64,000 bases of DNA, from the NCBI GenBank assembly GCA_040357565.1, contig JBDODJ010000003.1; one strand, 5' to 3'. Below are positions 27,105-44,195 of this stretch, piece after piece. How positions within the stretch are numbered: the stretch's first letter is position 1; every line of letters begins with the position of its first letter. The position numbers and the translations under genes were made by a program. This stretch comes from Cercozoa sp. M6MM. Taxonomy: Eukaryota > Protista > Endomyxa: Ascetosporea. The notes under the pieces were generated by a model that saw only the letters and a list, made by a program, of their open reading frames with translations, was not told where the DNA came from and made no database searches.

Positions 27105-28606
27105 ACCAGAAAAATCAATATATCCATCGCCATCACGGTCCAAAAGTCCTGAAAGTAGCAAACACCTGGAGAAAGGAAGGCAAACGCAGTTTTGTTTAAA
27201 TTTACTTTACCAAACGCCCGCGAACTGTGCAGCGCCTGTGATTCTGGGAAGGCCAAAATGAACTCTTTAAGCGTGATGGTTCCAGTTTTGTCGGTGTCAA
27301 TGCGTTTAAATCGCCGATGAAACTCGCGAACTGCGCCCACGCTTACACGGAGCTGAGATTTTCGGCGCATTTGAAAGCGCTGTGCTTGGAGCTTCGCCAT
27401 CGACACCCCAGTTTCGGTCGCCAAGTTGTATATGAACTTCCACAGCGGTACCGGTGGAGCAAGCAACGAGCGCTCCATTTTCTTCACGAGATTCTCAAGT
27501 TTCACATCGTCGACGTTTTCCAGACCGGCAGCACTACCAGTCTGCGACAGAAGCTCTCGTACCCTTCTTCCACCGAGCATAGCACGAAAGCGAGTCCGGC
27601 TATTGCACACAATGATTTAAATAGGGCATAATATCCTCTCCGTAAACACACCGGAACTGCCGAATTGCGCGCTGCTCTGCTTGCTTCACAACGTGCAGTC
27701 GTCGAGGCGCATCAGTGGTACCGAAGACACTTATACACAGAATTCGAACAATAGATGCGCCGTCCACGAAGGTGACTGCCCGGTCCAATGTTCTTTTGTC
27801 TTTAACGCCAGCTTGCTCTGCAATTGATTCTGGCTCACAGAAAAAGGCTTGGGTGTTGGTGGCGTAACCCAGCATCTCATTCTGTGGGATCAAAAAGAAC
27901 AACTGAACTGAACTCTCGAACGCGAAGAGCGAGGCACCTTGTCTATCCATCCGTCTCTGTTGGCGTTCATAGCAACGGACAGTCTTCTTGCTATCGCCTG
28001 AATGTCGCTGGCGGCAAGCGAATTGTCATTCTCAGGGTCTGTTTGGATCTCAAAGCAGCAAACCAGGTCGATCACCTTGCATATTGCGCTTGTCATCTCC
28101 GCAGTTGATATTTCGTCCTTTGAGTCAAAGTCGTGCGTGTCATACAATGCTACGAGCTTGTCAAGGAACGAAGCCCTCGACAGCAGCACAAAGCACGTTG
28201 CTGCTTTTAAGAAGTTTATACTGTCACCGCCCTGCCGGAGGAAATCCCATGCCTTGCGAGCTTGTGCTTCGGAGTCGAACCACTCACGGGGTCTCGATAC
28301 TGACTGGTTTTTTGTCCCTTCCCCGGAAAACCCCTCCTTGACGGCAGCAGCAAACCCGAAAAAGACAAGCCATCTGTCAAGAGTGCATTCGAACCCGTGT
28401 AAAACCTGCGTTCTTGCATAGTCACTGAGTAATCGACTGCAGTCTTGCACGACATTTCCGTGTTCTTGCCACCTAAATTTAATCGATCAAGGCTGTAGCA
28501 ACTGAAGGTGACCCGCTCAAGCAAGTGAAAACGAATGACACAAAGCTAGTGCTTCAGGGACTGCGAATGACTCATTGCGGGCAGCTTTTGTCAGGTGCAG
28601 ACCCAT
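27105..28606 (-). CDS. N-myristoylated multi-EF-hand calcium sensor (CBL/NCS-like), 3' end lost in gap
   Basis: MGLHLTK start; EF-hand loops DFDSKDEISTAE, NANRDGWIDK, DTDKTGTITLKE, DRDGDGYIDFS. Confidence 0.72.
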
Positions 28607-28796
28607 GTTGTGACGCTTCAGTACGTAGTTGGGCTACGACAACTAAGACTGGACCTGGATTTTCTCAGCTCACCAGGGATGTGCCCGCGCGGATGTTGTT
28701 AGTACGTTTTGGTTGATTTCACAATTCCGTGTCTCGCAGCTGGCAATTCTGACGTGACAGACGCAGAGACGATCATACGATAGGAAGTGGATCTAC

Positions 28797-33363
<4,567 letters not shown>

Positions 33364-33581
33364 AGTAACACATTGCTGCACGCATCATCTGCTGTCGATT
33401 GTGCTGTGCAGTTTGACTAAGCAGTCCCTTAATCAAGTTGGAAACGCAGACTTTGCTATACGCGTAATTTCAACAGCTCAGCAGCGTGGTAGCTCTATTT
33501 TAGTGCAGTTTAAGTGCGTCTGACTGTGTTTAGTGACAAGCAATTGTTGCCATTCGTGTCGGTTGCGCTGGCGGCTGAATG

Positions 33582-36500
33582 AATGAGCTGCGCGCGGTCG
33601 CGCAGACCAGTTCCGAGTGGACAGTGACCGTGCTCGACGCCGAGCTGTCTCGACTTGCACTTTCTCAGCCCGAACGAGCTCCACGGGTACTGCTTCCGCG
33701 AGACACGTTAGAGACACTCCTCATATGTGTTTTGCGTTGCTCCAGGTGGCGGCAGCACGAAAGAGTTTGAGACACTTTTGCCGAGCCTGCAAGATCACAG
33801 ACCTGTCAACTGAGTTTACAGATCCTCGTCTGGCTTTCTTGCTTCAGTTTTCTTCCTTTCGCGATAATCTCAAGAACAGTGAGTTGCCCCAACTTTGCTT
33901 TTTGTTTAGCTTGTTGCTTTGACTGAGGTTGGGTGCTGCAGGGAAACTGGAAGCAGTTTCGGCATGCTTCAATCTCGCGCTCGATGGCTACTCTGAGTTG
34001 GCAGTTCGTGTCGCTCGTGAACTCCGCTTTTCTGTTTCGGGTACTTTCGCTTTGCTTGCTTTGAGACACTTAACTTAGCTTTGAGATGTTGAGTTGTTAT
34101 TTTGAAATGTTGCTTTGGTGCTTTCATGTGCAGAGTTGACGGAGCTTTTGGAACGCTGTATTCGAAGTGGTCTCACACAGTGCATTCGTCCCGTGCTTCG
34201 TCTTCTGCGTGTCTCGTGCACCTTGCCGCAAGCAACGAAAAGCGACGATGTCGATAGCGACGCGCATGTGCTGACGCACGAGTTTCAGCTCGACGAGAAC
34301 GATTTTTTCGCCGAAGAAACGCGCATTTGTCGTACTTTTCGCTTTCTTTCGACTTTCGCTGTTTCGCGCTTTGTTTTTCGAAAGCTGGAATCTTTGCGCT
34401 TTTGCAGAGCGAGCACAGTGGCCTGGTTTGGAAGACGTGCTGCGACGTGCCTTTCTGTGTGCCGATGCGAACGGTTTGAGTGTGACGACGATCCTTGCCA
34501 TGGCTCGTGACTGTATGCCGCTACTAAGCTGTGACGTAGCTGCTCGAAGTGCGGTATGTTTTGCTTTCGCTTTTGCTTTGTTCCGAAATAGCTTTACTTT
34601 GTTTCGATTGCTCTGTTTCGAAATAGCTTTGCTTTGTTTAAAAGCAGCTTTGTTTTGTTAGAAAGCAGCTTTGCTTTGTTCCGAAATAGTGTTGTTTTGC
34701 AGTGCCAGGAGCTGAGTCAAGACGCCTCGTCGCTGGCGAAGCTGCTGTACGAGAGTCCGCTGCGAAAAGGCGCTCGTGCTCGCAGCTTTGTGGACGCGAT
34801 ATCGCTGCGCGGGTGGTCACAGCTGAGTGACCTGGAGCGTCTATGTGCGCACGTGTCAGTGACGATGCCCGAGTTCATTTGTGGGGCCGCGCAGTCGCTG
34901 CCGACGTCGCTGATACCGTTGCTACTGGAGTCATTTAAAGACAGCGACGAAGCAGAGGCTGTGGACAAGGCACTCGACATGCGACTGCTGCATGTGCTTC
35001 TGACTCAGCAAAAACAACAAGGAAAACAACAAGGAAAACAACAAGACGGCGTAGTGCCGCTGTCGCCGTCGGTGGTACTCGCCATGCAGCGCAAGTTCGG
35101 CTCAGATGCTGCACTCTTCTGGAAGCACCTGGTGCAGCACGTGCCCGGCTACAGTGGGGCTGCGAAACTCGCCGCCGTCGTGGCGAAACGCTGGCGCAAA
35201 CCGCCTGTGACTCTGGTGCATTCTGCTTACCACCCTGTGTCTGTTGTGTATCAGTACTGCCTGTACAGACGGAGAATGTGCTGTCGCCCAAGTTGACATG
35301 CGACGAGAACCGTCTGTTGTTCGCCGCATGCGTGCAGCAGGAGCTGTCGCCGGTCGCTCCGGATGATGCCGAGATCGAGAGGCGTTTCGCGCGTCACTAC
35401 GCACGTGCCATGCTGCTGCACGGACACGTGGCACGTGCCAAGTCCGTCGTGTCGGCACTGACGCCGGCGCAGTGGTCGGCACTCGTGTGCAGTGTGGCAC
35501 GTGACACTGTCGTTGCTGCGCTCACTGGTCCGACTACTGACACTGATACCAATGACGGTCAGAGTGACCACCAGAGTGACCGCTCGAGTGGTCACCCAGT
35601 GGAGCAACTGCTGCGGGAGGTTCGACACATGGCACCGCGCCAACTCGCGCAGAACCTGGCGGCCGCCTGGCGACTGGCCGGCCTGCTCCGATCGCTCGAG
35701 TCGGCTCGAGTTGAGTCCAGTCCTACTGAGCCGAGACACACTGAGCCGACAAGAGTCACATGGGCTCAGTGCAGCGACACGTGGTACCCCCAGGTGCGAG
35801 TCAAAGCGTCCAGTGTGGCCACTGTGCTGACACGTGCGCTGTCACCGTCGCACGGTCTGCCGACTTTGCAGGTTCTTTACCTCGTCTACCCCTCTACTTT
35901 CTGCTCTCTTGTATTACCGTACTGCCCCACAGGTGATCCAGACGGTGGGTGCCATTCTGGACACTGAGTTGGCCGGTCTGTTTGTTGGCACAGATGGTGC
36001 GTTCGACTCGGTGCACGCGCAGCTGCAGCACGTGGCCACTCAGTCAGGTGCCGGTGAGGCCGGTGCAGTGGCCCAGGCGATCCTGCAGAAGTTGGCACGT
36101 GCCGCACTGGCACGTGGCGAACGTTCCACGTGCGCTGCCTTGCTGCAGCGCTCTGGGTCGCCTGGGTTCCTTGGGTCCCTACCTTCTGGGTCCCTACCTT
36201 CTGGGTCTCTATCCTCAGAATTGGATCGCAGCATGGACGCGGCCTTCGAACAGCACGCCCGGCGACTGCAGCGACTGCACAAGACAGTTCGACCCTCTGC
36301 AGACAGTGTGCTCTCTGCAGACAGTGCAACCTCCTCTGGGACTATCGAGGGCGATGCGAAACTCCGAGAGTTGCGTCGCTTCTTGCGGCACACGGCACTG
36401 CTCGACAGCGACTCGGCCAGCACGCTGCTGTCGCTGCTCACCGACACTGCACTGTATCTTTTACTTGAGGTATGGGGTAGGGTATTGGACGGTTACTAGA

Positions 36501-39500
36501 GTTGAGTGTAGAGACACTAGCGACGTCGGACAGCGCGCCGAGTGCTTCCACGACGCCCTGGCTTTGTGCCGCGTGTCACAACAAGTCGGCGTTGTCGGCA
36601 TCGAACAGGTCCTCCGCGTGGCCCAACGTGAGGCTGAGAAAGACAAGCAGATCGCTGAAGCACTCCAGTCGCTTTTGGCACTGCCAGAGGCCGCCACGGC
36701 CGTCGAAACCGTCTGTCAGAAGAAACGAGTCGAAAACACCGTTCACAGCCTGCGCAGTGGTTTCTTTTCGACCTCCTCCCGGTTTATTTCATCGAAATTG
36801 CACAATTTCTGTAGCTTTACTCGTCCGCGCAGACGTTCGACGCCTGTTCTTTTTGTCGCTCTGTCGAGTGAGCCCGTTTGAACCGGTGCTTGAGCTTGCG
36901 CGACTGCTGAGTGCTCCAGTTCGTCTGCTAAAGTGTCGTCGCGTGCTTTTGGCCGTTTTGCTGGACGAAGCTGTGCCGAGCGATTTCGAGTTGAGTGTCG
37001 ACGACAAGCGCTTCCTGATCCGTCTGTTGGACTCGTCGGTGATCCTGGCATGTGCCACTGGTCAAGTGGTACCTCTGCCAGTGTTATTTTGGTACCTTTA
37101 ACACGTGCCAACTGGGCAGAGTGAGGAACTGCACGGAGTGCCCACGGGCGTTCTGGACCGTTTCGCGTGCAATCTGTCGAAATGGCAGGCACTCTTCGCC
37201 GTGTGCAAACACGAGGATTCGCGCAAGAAACACGCGCAGTCGGTACAACTTGACTCACTCAGACGGTGAGTTGGCACGTGACCAATGGTGCCAATGCCAT
37301 GTGCGCAGGTAGAAACGCAAGTACTCAAAGCGCACGTGGCAGCCTTGGCCAAGTTGCGTCACTTTCTGGATCAGAACGGTCAGAACAAGATGGTGAACTA
37401 CGCGCGGCTGTGCGCGTCGCCAGCCTTGTTCGCGCTGACAGTGCATGCGCTGGTGGACGAGTTCTCCGTGTTCCTGTGGCGTCGTTTGGCCGCTGTGTTC
37501 GGCCCTATCTTTCGACTGCGTGCGCGAGGTCTCTTGCTCCTACACCCTATCCCTTACCCCCTCTATATTATTGTATGAGTATTACCATCGCAGGCACGGA
37601 AGAAGAACTGCCAGAGTCGTCGGAGATAATAAAGCCGGTGCTACTGCATGCGCAGCAACAAGGAATTGACGAACTCGTCGTGTACGGCGTCTTCTGTGCC
37701 GCCGAGTTTTCTCGCATTGGTACCTTGGACCATGAGGGTAGTGTGTGGAGAATCAATGTGTATGGGCGGTAGACAACGTGACTGCGGAGGCACTGCGCGA
37801 GTGGTATGAGCGCGTACAGATGCCGTTGCAGTCGGTACTGCAGTCGCCGCGCGCGCTGTCGCTGTCGCTGCTGCAGTCGCTCGTGGCTCACTCTGTTTTG
37901 GCCGATGCTGCGTGCTCGGGTACCCCCGCCCCGTTACCCCCATTACCCCATTAGCCTCTTGCTGATACAGTGGAGGAGAGGTGCCAGATGCTCGTAATTT
38001 TGCAAAGCGCCGTCGCTGAGGCGGTACGAGCAGTCTTGTCATGCTGATACTCACAGCACGCGTCGATATGTAGGACGGTGACATGACGGTGTCGATGCTG
38101 TCGCTGTTGACTCAAGTGAGTCAACTGCTGGGCCACGTGGACCGTGCGCAGCATGTGTCAAAGGCACTGACGGCGGCTCTGTGTCGCCACGCGGCACGTT
38201 GGGTCCTGTCGCAGTCGCGTCGAGTCTCGGTGCACGAGTTGCTGCGACGCGTGCTCACTGAGGCATTGCTGCACCCTGGTACAGCTGTACCCCCTGTGTC
38301 TTTCGCCCCTTTAACCTTTAACGACTTGCGTGTGTATCCCCAGACCCTGTCGAGATTGACCAGGTGCTGGACCGACTGCAGCAGCACGTGTGCAGCGACT
38401 CACTAAGCATGCGCGAACTGAGCAGTCACGTGGCCGATATGCTGTGCCTCCAGCTGCGCGAGCAGGGCGTTACTCAAGCTGCAGTTTCTCCCCGAGGCGG
38501 CGTTTCTCCAGTCAACATACTGACTGTCCTGGAGCACTGCTTGCTGCGCAACACTGCTCTGGACGCTGCGGTGCCTTTCTGCCTTCCTTCAACTTTTGTT
38601 CTACCCACCCTTGTACTCCCCACCTTGCAACACAGACGAGACGAGAACTGCTGCTGCGCGTGCTTAAAGAAGCCGCTCGTGTCGGTCAAAGCGACTTGTT
38701 GCAGTGGACAGTGTCGGTGTAAGTTAGCCCATCTGCATATGCTTTACTCTTGTACCCTCTCCCCTGCAGGGACACATCACGCACGGCGGAGACGGTGTCG
38801 CTGCTGGCTCAGGTGGCTACAGATGGCACGGTGCAACAGGCACGTGTGGTCACGCAGACACAGGTAGCCACGCGGGCAGCCTGCGACACGCTGCGTCACT
38901 TTGTTCCCGACATTGTGCTTGAGGATGGTCTGCCCGAGGCGGTTCATTTCCTGTCGTCGGAACTTCCGCGCGTACGACAGCACTCGTCGGTCGAGGACAC
39001 GGTGCGACTGTGTGACGCTCTGCACACGCTACTATGCTCTGCTTTCGGTATGTTTTCTCACTTTCCTATCCTTTCACAGGTCCTTGATATTAAAGGTCAC
39101 ACAGAGGCAGGCACAGCGACGGTGCACCTGGTGAGTGACCTCGTGTGTCTCGCACTCGACCTGAGCCGCGACCGCGCGGAAGAGGTGCTGGACAAGCTTG
39201 TCGTCGTACGCGAGGCCAGTGTGCTGCTGCGACGGGCACTGGGCGAAAGTGTCATTGTCGACAGAGACGCCATGGCGGTCGACGAAGAGAACGAAGAAGA
39301 CGCTTTCAGCGAATTCAGTGACTTTAGCGACTGGGACAACGACGAGCTCGACGATGTCCATATGTCCTCTGGCGTGAGCACTGGGGTGGCCACCGGAGTG
39401 ACCACTGGAGTGACCACTGATGTGACCACTGGAGTGACCACTGAAGCATCAGCAGCAGTCACGGAGACACTGGCCGGCATACTCCAGCGCACGAAACTTC

Positions 39501-40394
39501 GGCGTGACCTTACCGTGTTGCAGCTCGGCCTGCGGTGGCAGCTGCCGCCTGCGCTTGTGCTGGATGTGCTGGCGCTGCGCGTGCAACGACGTGCCGATCG
39601 ACGCACACGCGATAGGTCGCTCTCGGGCCTGGCATCGGGTCTCACATCAGGAGGACTCACATCGAGTGCTTTCACTTCGGGCGGTCTGTCGGGTGGACTC
39701 ACGTCGACCCTGGCCTCGGGGCTGAGTGGACTCTCGCGCGGTCTCAAGGACATCACGCGCATGGCACAGCGCAGCCTGCGCACTGCGGAACTACCGTTAT
39801 TTACCGACACCGATGACACCAGTGGGGACACCAGTGACTCCTCCATGCTGCGACAGTTGCTTCTTGCCGATGAAACAGTCGTGCTGCTGTTGCTGACGCA
39901 CGCGTTGCTGTCACCGGCGATCTCGCTGACACAACATGCTGTGCTGGTGACTGGAGTGACCGAGGTGCTGCAACGTGTGCAGCGACGCGACGACCGACTT
40001 CGACCGCCGGCGCTGCAGTCGCTCGAGTGCGTGCTGGCACAGCTCACGACGCGACGCAACCTGCAGCTCGGCTGGGCACTTCTCCATCGGTAAATGAGGT
40101 TGCATGTAAGGATGGATACACGCAGTGTTGTAAAAGGGAAGTAAAATGCTTGTGTCGGTAGTATGATGCGCACATCGAGCGACGATGTCGTACGCAACTT
40201 CTACGAAGCCGAGCTGTCGACACTGGCGAGACGCGGCAGCGAGGAGGGTGTCACCGAGTGCATGCGAGTCTTCACAGCCATGGTGGCCGCTCCGGCGGCA
40301 CCTCCGCTGCCTGCCAATCTTTCTCCCAGCAGTCGTGGCTCGCGCCCTCGTGATCAGCACTAGCGCGGAGACGGCACTGGAGTGTTCGCCCTGA
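33582..40394 (+). CDS. Large multi-exon alpha-helical (solenoid-like) protein of unknown function
   Basis: Continuous chain of Leu/Ala-rich exons joined by GT-AG introns over about 6.8 kb; acidic EEDAFSEFSDFSDWDNDE patch. Family not recognised; stop codon approximate. Confidence 0.6.
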
Positions 40395-40492
40395 ACTCGA
40401 TTCGTCATTGTTAGTTAACTGAGTCCTGTTTGAAACCAACTAGCGTAGGCATCAGCCCGGGGTGGGTCACAAGAGCATCGCCGTGTCGTGTC

Positions 40493-40536
40493 TATCGCCC
40501 GCGTAGGACCGTAATATCGCCCGCGTAGGACCGTAA
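40493..40536. repeat. Perfect 22-nt tandem duplication TATCGCCCGCGTAGGACCGTAA x2
   Basis: Direct observation, in the spacer between convergent genes. Confidence 0.9.
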
Positions 40537-40719
40537 CAGATCGTATTTGAAAGATCGATATCATCGGATCCACTTGAGGAGTGAAATACATTTTGGAAAC
40601 GTAAGATTACTACGTAGCAGTGCGTACAGTTACAGTGATGTGTCGACGCCAGTTTGTTTTGACGACCAGTTGACCTTGAATGAGACGAGTGGAGAGGTGC
40701 ATGCGCACAGCTGAGCAGT

Positions 40720-42564
40720 TTAGAGCTGCGGGAACGGACACGGCTTGTCGAAGAGAGCGCGCGGACCGCGGTTGCCGAAGCCGGTCCAACCGGCGCCGAA
40801 CAACTGGCGCGGGTCGTACTTCCGCTTGGCGGCCAGCATGGCCTCGTAGCGCTCCTGGCCGAGGTGCTTGATCCAGCCCTCCTCGTCAACCGGCGCCGAG
40901 TCCGGCAGGTAGCCGCGGCCCTTGCCGCTCTCGAGCAGGTCATCACGAATCACACGGTTCACACGGTCCAGACGCTCGGCCTCAACCATGGACTGCGCAG
41001 ACCACTCGTGCATACAAGCATCGGCATTATTGGACAACAGGTAGACAGGGTTACAGGCGGGGAGGCCTCGCGCAGCAGACCCATGGCGACACCCTTGCCG
41101 GCTGGGAGGGCAAGTGCATCGCTGTTGGTGGCCATCCGGCTGAAGTCGAACGGGTACATCATCATGACCGAGCCACCGGCGACATCAGCCAAGTCGGTTC
41201 CGGTCAGCGTGTTGTCGACGTACGCCGTGGCCTCGTCAACCGTGTTGCCGATGAAGATGTCAAGCCACACGTGCCTGTGCATACAGTGCAACGGCATGGT
41301 GGTTGGGTCAAGTAAGAGCTGGGGGGGGGGGGGTAAAGGCGAACTTACGGCGCGTACCACTGGCCACTGGCCTTAAGCAGCGAGAACGGGAATTCGAGGC
41401 GGTACAGGTGCTCCTCGTATGTCTGATCGGCAGCAACCCAGGCGGCACCCGGCATGGCAAGGTCGCCAAAGTAGGACATGACCTCCTGGTCGTTGGGAGC
41501 GTCGCTCTCGTCGTTGTACAGCACCGTGACGTCATGCTTGTACAGCCAGCCGTTCGACGTGTTCGGCCACTGGCCCTGTAGCCCACGCACATTATTTATT
41601 ATCTCTCTATATATCATATGTAGACAATGTGTGTACCGACAGAGGCGGGTAGAAGAAGAGCGGCGACTCGGGCGAGTCCCTCTCAACAGGCTCCATGAAG
41701 GTTTGCAGCTCGTCGAACGGTGCAGGCGTGGTGGCCTCGAGCGACTTGGCGTAGTTGACCTTCATCTGCTCGGGCGTCTGCACGATGCTGTAGGTGCGTG
41801 CCTTCTTGGGTCGCGGCACCGTTCGCAGCGTCACCTCGGTCACGACGCCGAACTGGCCCATGCCACCGAGAACCATGCGGAACAACTCGGCGTTCTCGTT
41901 GTCGGGTGTGCAGTAGTAGGTGCGCGCGTTGCCGTCGACGATCTTGAAGCCGAGCACCGCGTCTACGATCATGCCCTGCTTGAAGCCAGCCGGACCGAGA
42001 CCACCGGCCGACATGAGACCGCCGATCGTGAGGCCCTGGAAGTCGGGCTGCACCGGCGTCGTCTTGCCGGCCTCGGCCAGACCATCGATGATGTCACGGA
42101 ACATGGCACCGCCCTGCACGGTGATGTGCGACTCGCCAATGTCAAGCACGGCACGCATCGACGACATGTCCATCACGGTGCAGTGGCAGCACTGCGACTG
42201 GCCGCGCGGAGCGTGACCCTGGCCACGCGGCGTGAGGCGGCGGCGCAGGAAGCGCGCGCGTCGCACGGCAGACACCACATCGCCGTGCGACGTCGGCACC
42301 ACGACCTCGCGCGGCGTGTTGCGCACTGCGAGTGCCAAACAATCAGAGCACTTGATACACACCACATACGGAGGGGATGGCAGTACCGACGTTGCCGTAG
42401 TCCTCGGCACAGGTGGCACGGCTCGTCGAGTCCGTGCGGATGTCGAGCGACGACGGGAACAGCGACTGCGCCGACAGGAGCTCAGAACCTGACGTCGTCG
42501 TCTCGGCATCGGCGGCAGCGGCAACGCCAGCGGCGAGCAGAAGAACGGACGAAAGCAGCTTCAT
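40720..42564 (-). CDS. Secreted cytokinin dehydrogenase (CKX)-like FAD-linked oxidoreductase
   Basis: Signal peptide MKLLSSVLLLAAGVAAAA; EDYGN..., RGQGHAPRGQSQ (covalent FAD His), PDFQGLTIGG, ELFRMVLGGMGQFGVVT, GQWYAPHVWLDIFI, MMYPF, YLP...WIKHLG...KRKYDPRQLF. Confidence 0.82.
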
Positions 42565-43196
42565 CCTAAAATACAAAACAATAAAGACTCGTCGTATCGA
42601 TCTGGCCAGCCAAGGTTCCTGGTGACCAGCCACACCAGACCAGTCCCAGAACACAACAAGGAAATCCAACGCACAACAAAACAACGTGCTGCAAGATTGC
42701 AAACGAAACACAGCTGAGTCCGTTGCTATGAACACTCAGCCGGCTAGGGCTCGGAAAGTATACGCACGTGTTGGTGACAAAATGCGATACTGCTAACGCA
42801 CGCACCAGCAAAGCCAGCAAGAGTGAGAGGAGATACCTTGGGAGCAATAGGGAGGGTACTTGTACAGTAAAACAGAAAAAGAAACGAGGAGTGAGTGGAG
42901 AAATGCACGAGAACTCGCAAGTAGTGGGGCACCCAGCAACGGAGCGTTGGCCAAGTGACTATCTGACGTGACTCTGACGACTGACGCACGTCCCATTGAT
43001 CCTTGATCTTGAGTCAGTGATCTTCTGGCCTAACGCATTGACCTGTCGAGAGGATCGATCCCACGACTCAGGTCTCCAGATCGTCAGTCTAGGTGATGAG
43101 GGTCAAGAACAACAAACAACAACCACCTCCAGCCGTTGATTGTTGATTGTCAGTTTAGCTTTGTTGTGTGCTTTCTGGTTGCGTGCGTGCGTGCGT

Positions 43197-44149
43197 ATGC
43201 TGCTTGCGGTACTGGCCGTGTCATCGGCGCTCGTCGTGACCGTGACTCAAGCCAGCAGCTTTCTTGCTGCTCCTTATGACTATGGCTTTGATCCTGGTAC
43301 AGTATCGCAAGACGCACACTCTGCATTGCTGATTGAAGGGACGAGGATGTTGACACTGACCATGACAACCCCTTTCTCGTGACCTACCTCATGGCCTGCT
43401 GTGCCCTTCGATCGGCAATGCAATCACCTTGACGTCATTATCGATTTTGATGTTTGGTGCAGAGACGCGAACTTCACGTTCCCCTGATTGGCTCAACTTT
43501 GGTATCATTCTTTGCCTCCTCGAAGAAGCTTGGCTGGTCACTTGACCAAACTGGTTCGGTGGTGTTTGGCCAGCTGGCTCTGGCCACACACGGCTGAATC
43601 GGCCAGGAACCCTAAGTGGCAAGCAGATTCACTTTTCGCTGTCGCTGGCAGTTGTTTACGAAAAGTGACTATTGATGACTTGTGCGCAGACTGTGTGGAG
43701 CTGCCTGAGGATGCCCGTAGCTTGTGCGACTTTGATGGCACGCAAAGCCACGTCGCAGTTCCGCGTATCAACACCACGATGTTGAATGCGACTTTCAACG
43801 GCAGCTTCCCTGGCGAGTTGGTCGATTTGCCGCCCGATGTAGTGCTGGCAGGACGCGCTGCGCTCTTCAAGGGCTATGTGCCAACTTTTTCATCGCTGCT
43901 GAACACGAAAGTGCTTACTCCGTCGTGCTTTTCGGCTGCTCTCGACGAATTCTGCTCTTTCTTGTTCCCTCGGGTACTACTTGCTCCTCTCTCGATGTTT
44001 ACCAGTGCTACCTGTTCGTATTAAGGTGTAACGTATACCTGTGCTTTGTGCAGTGCGTCAAGGTGGCTGGTGAGTCGCCTTTGCCTGCGGGTGCCTATAT
44101 CGACGCTACCGAACAGACTACCGTGCCAGATGTGGGCGAGCCTGACGTG

Positions 44150-44195
<46 letters not shown>

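Noticed and set aside
39097-40197. Long antisense ORFs (also 41478-42569 and 45836-47056)
   Set aside because: These are shadows of GC-rich coding exons on the opposite strand, with no independent motifs.
43575-43690. GC-AG intron in the Frizzled-like gene
   Set aside because: It is frame-compatible, but the small upstream exons cannot be validated without transcripts.
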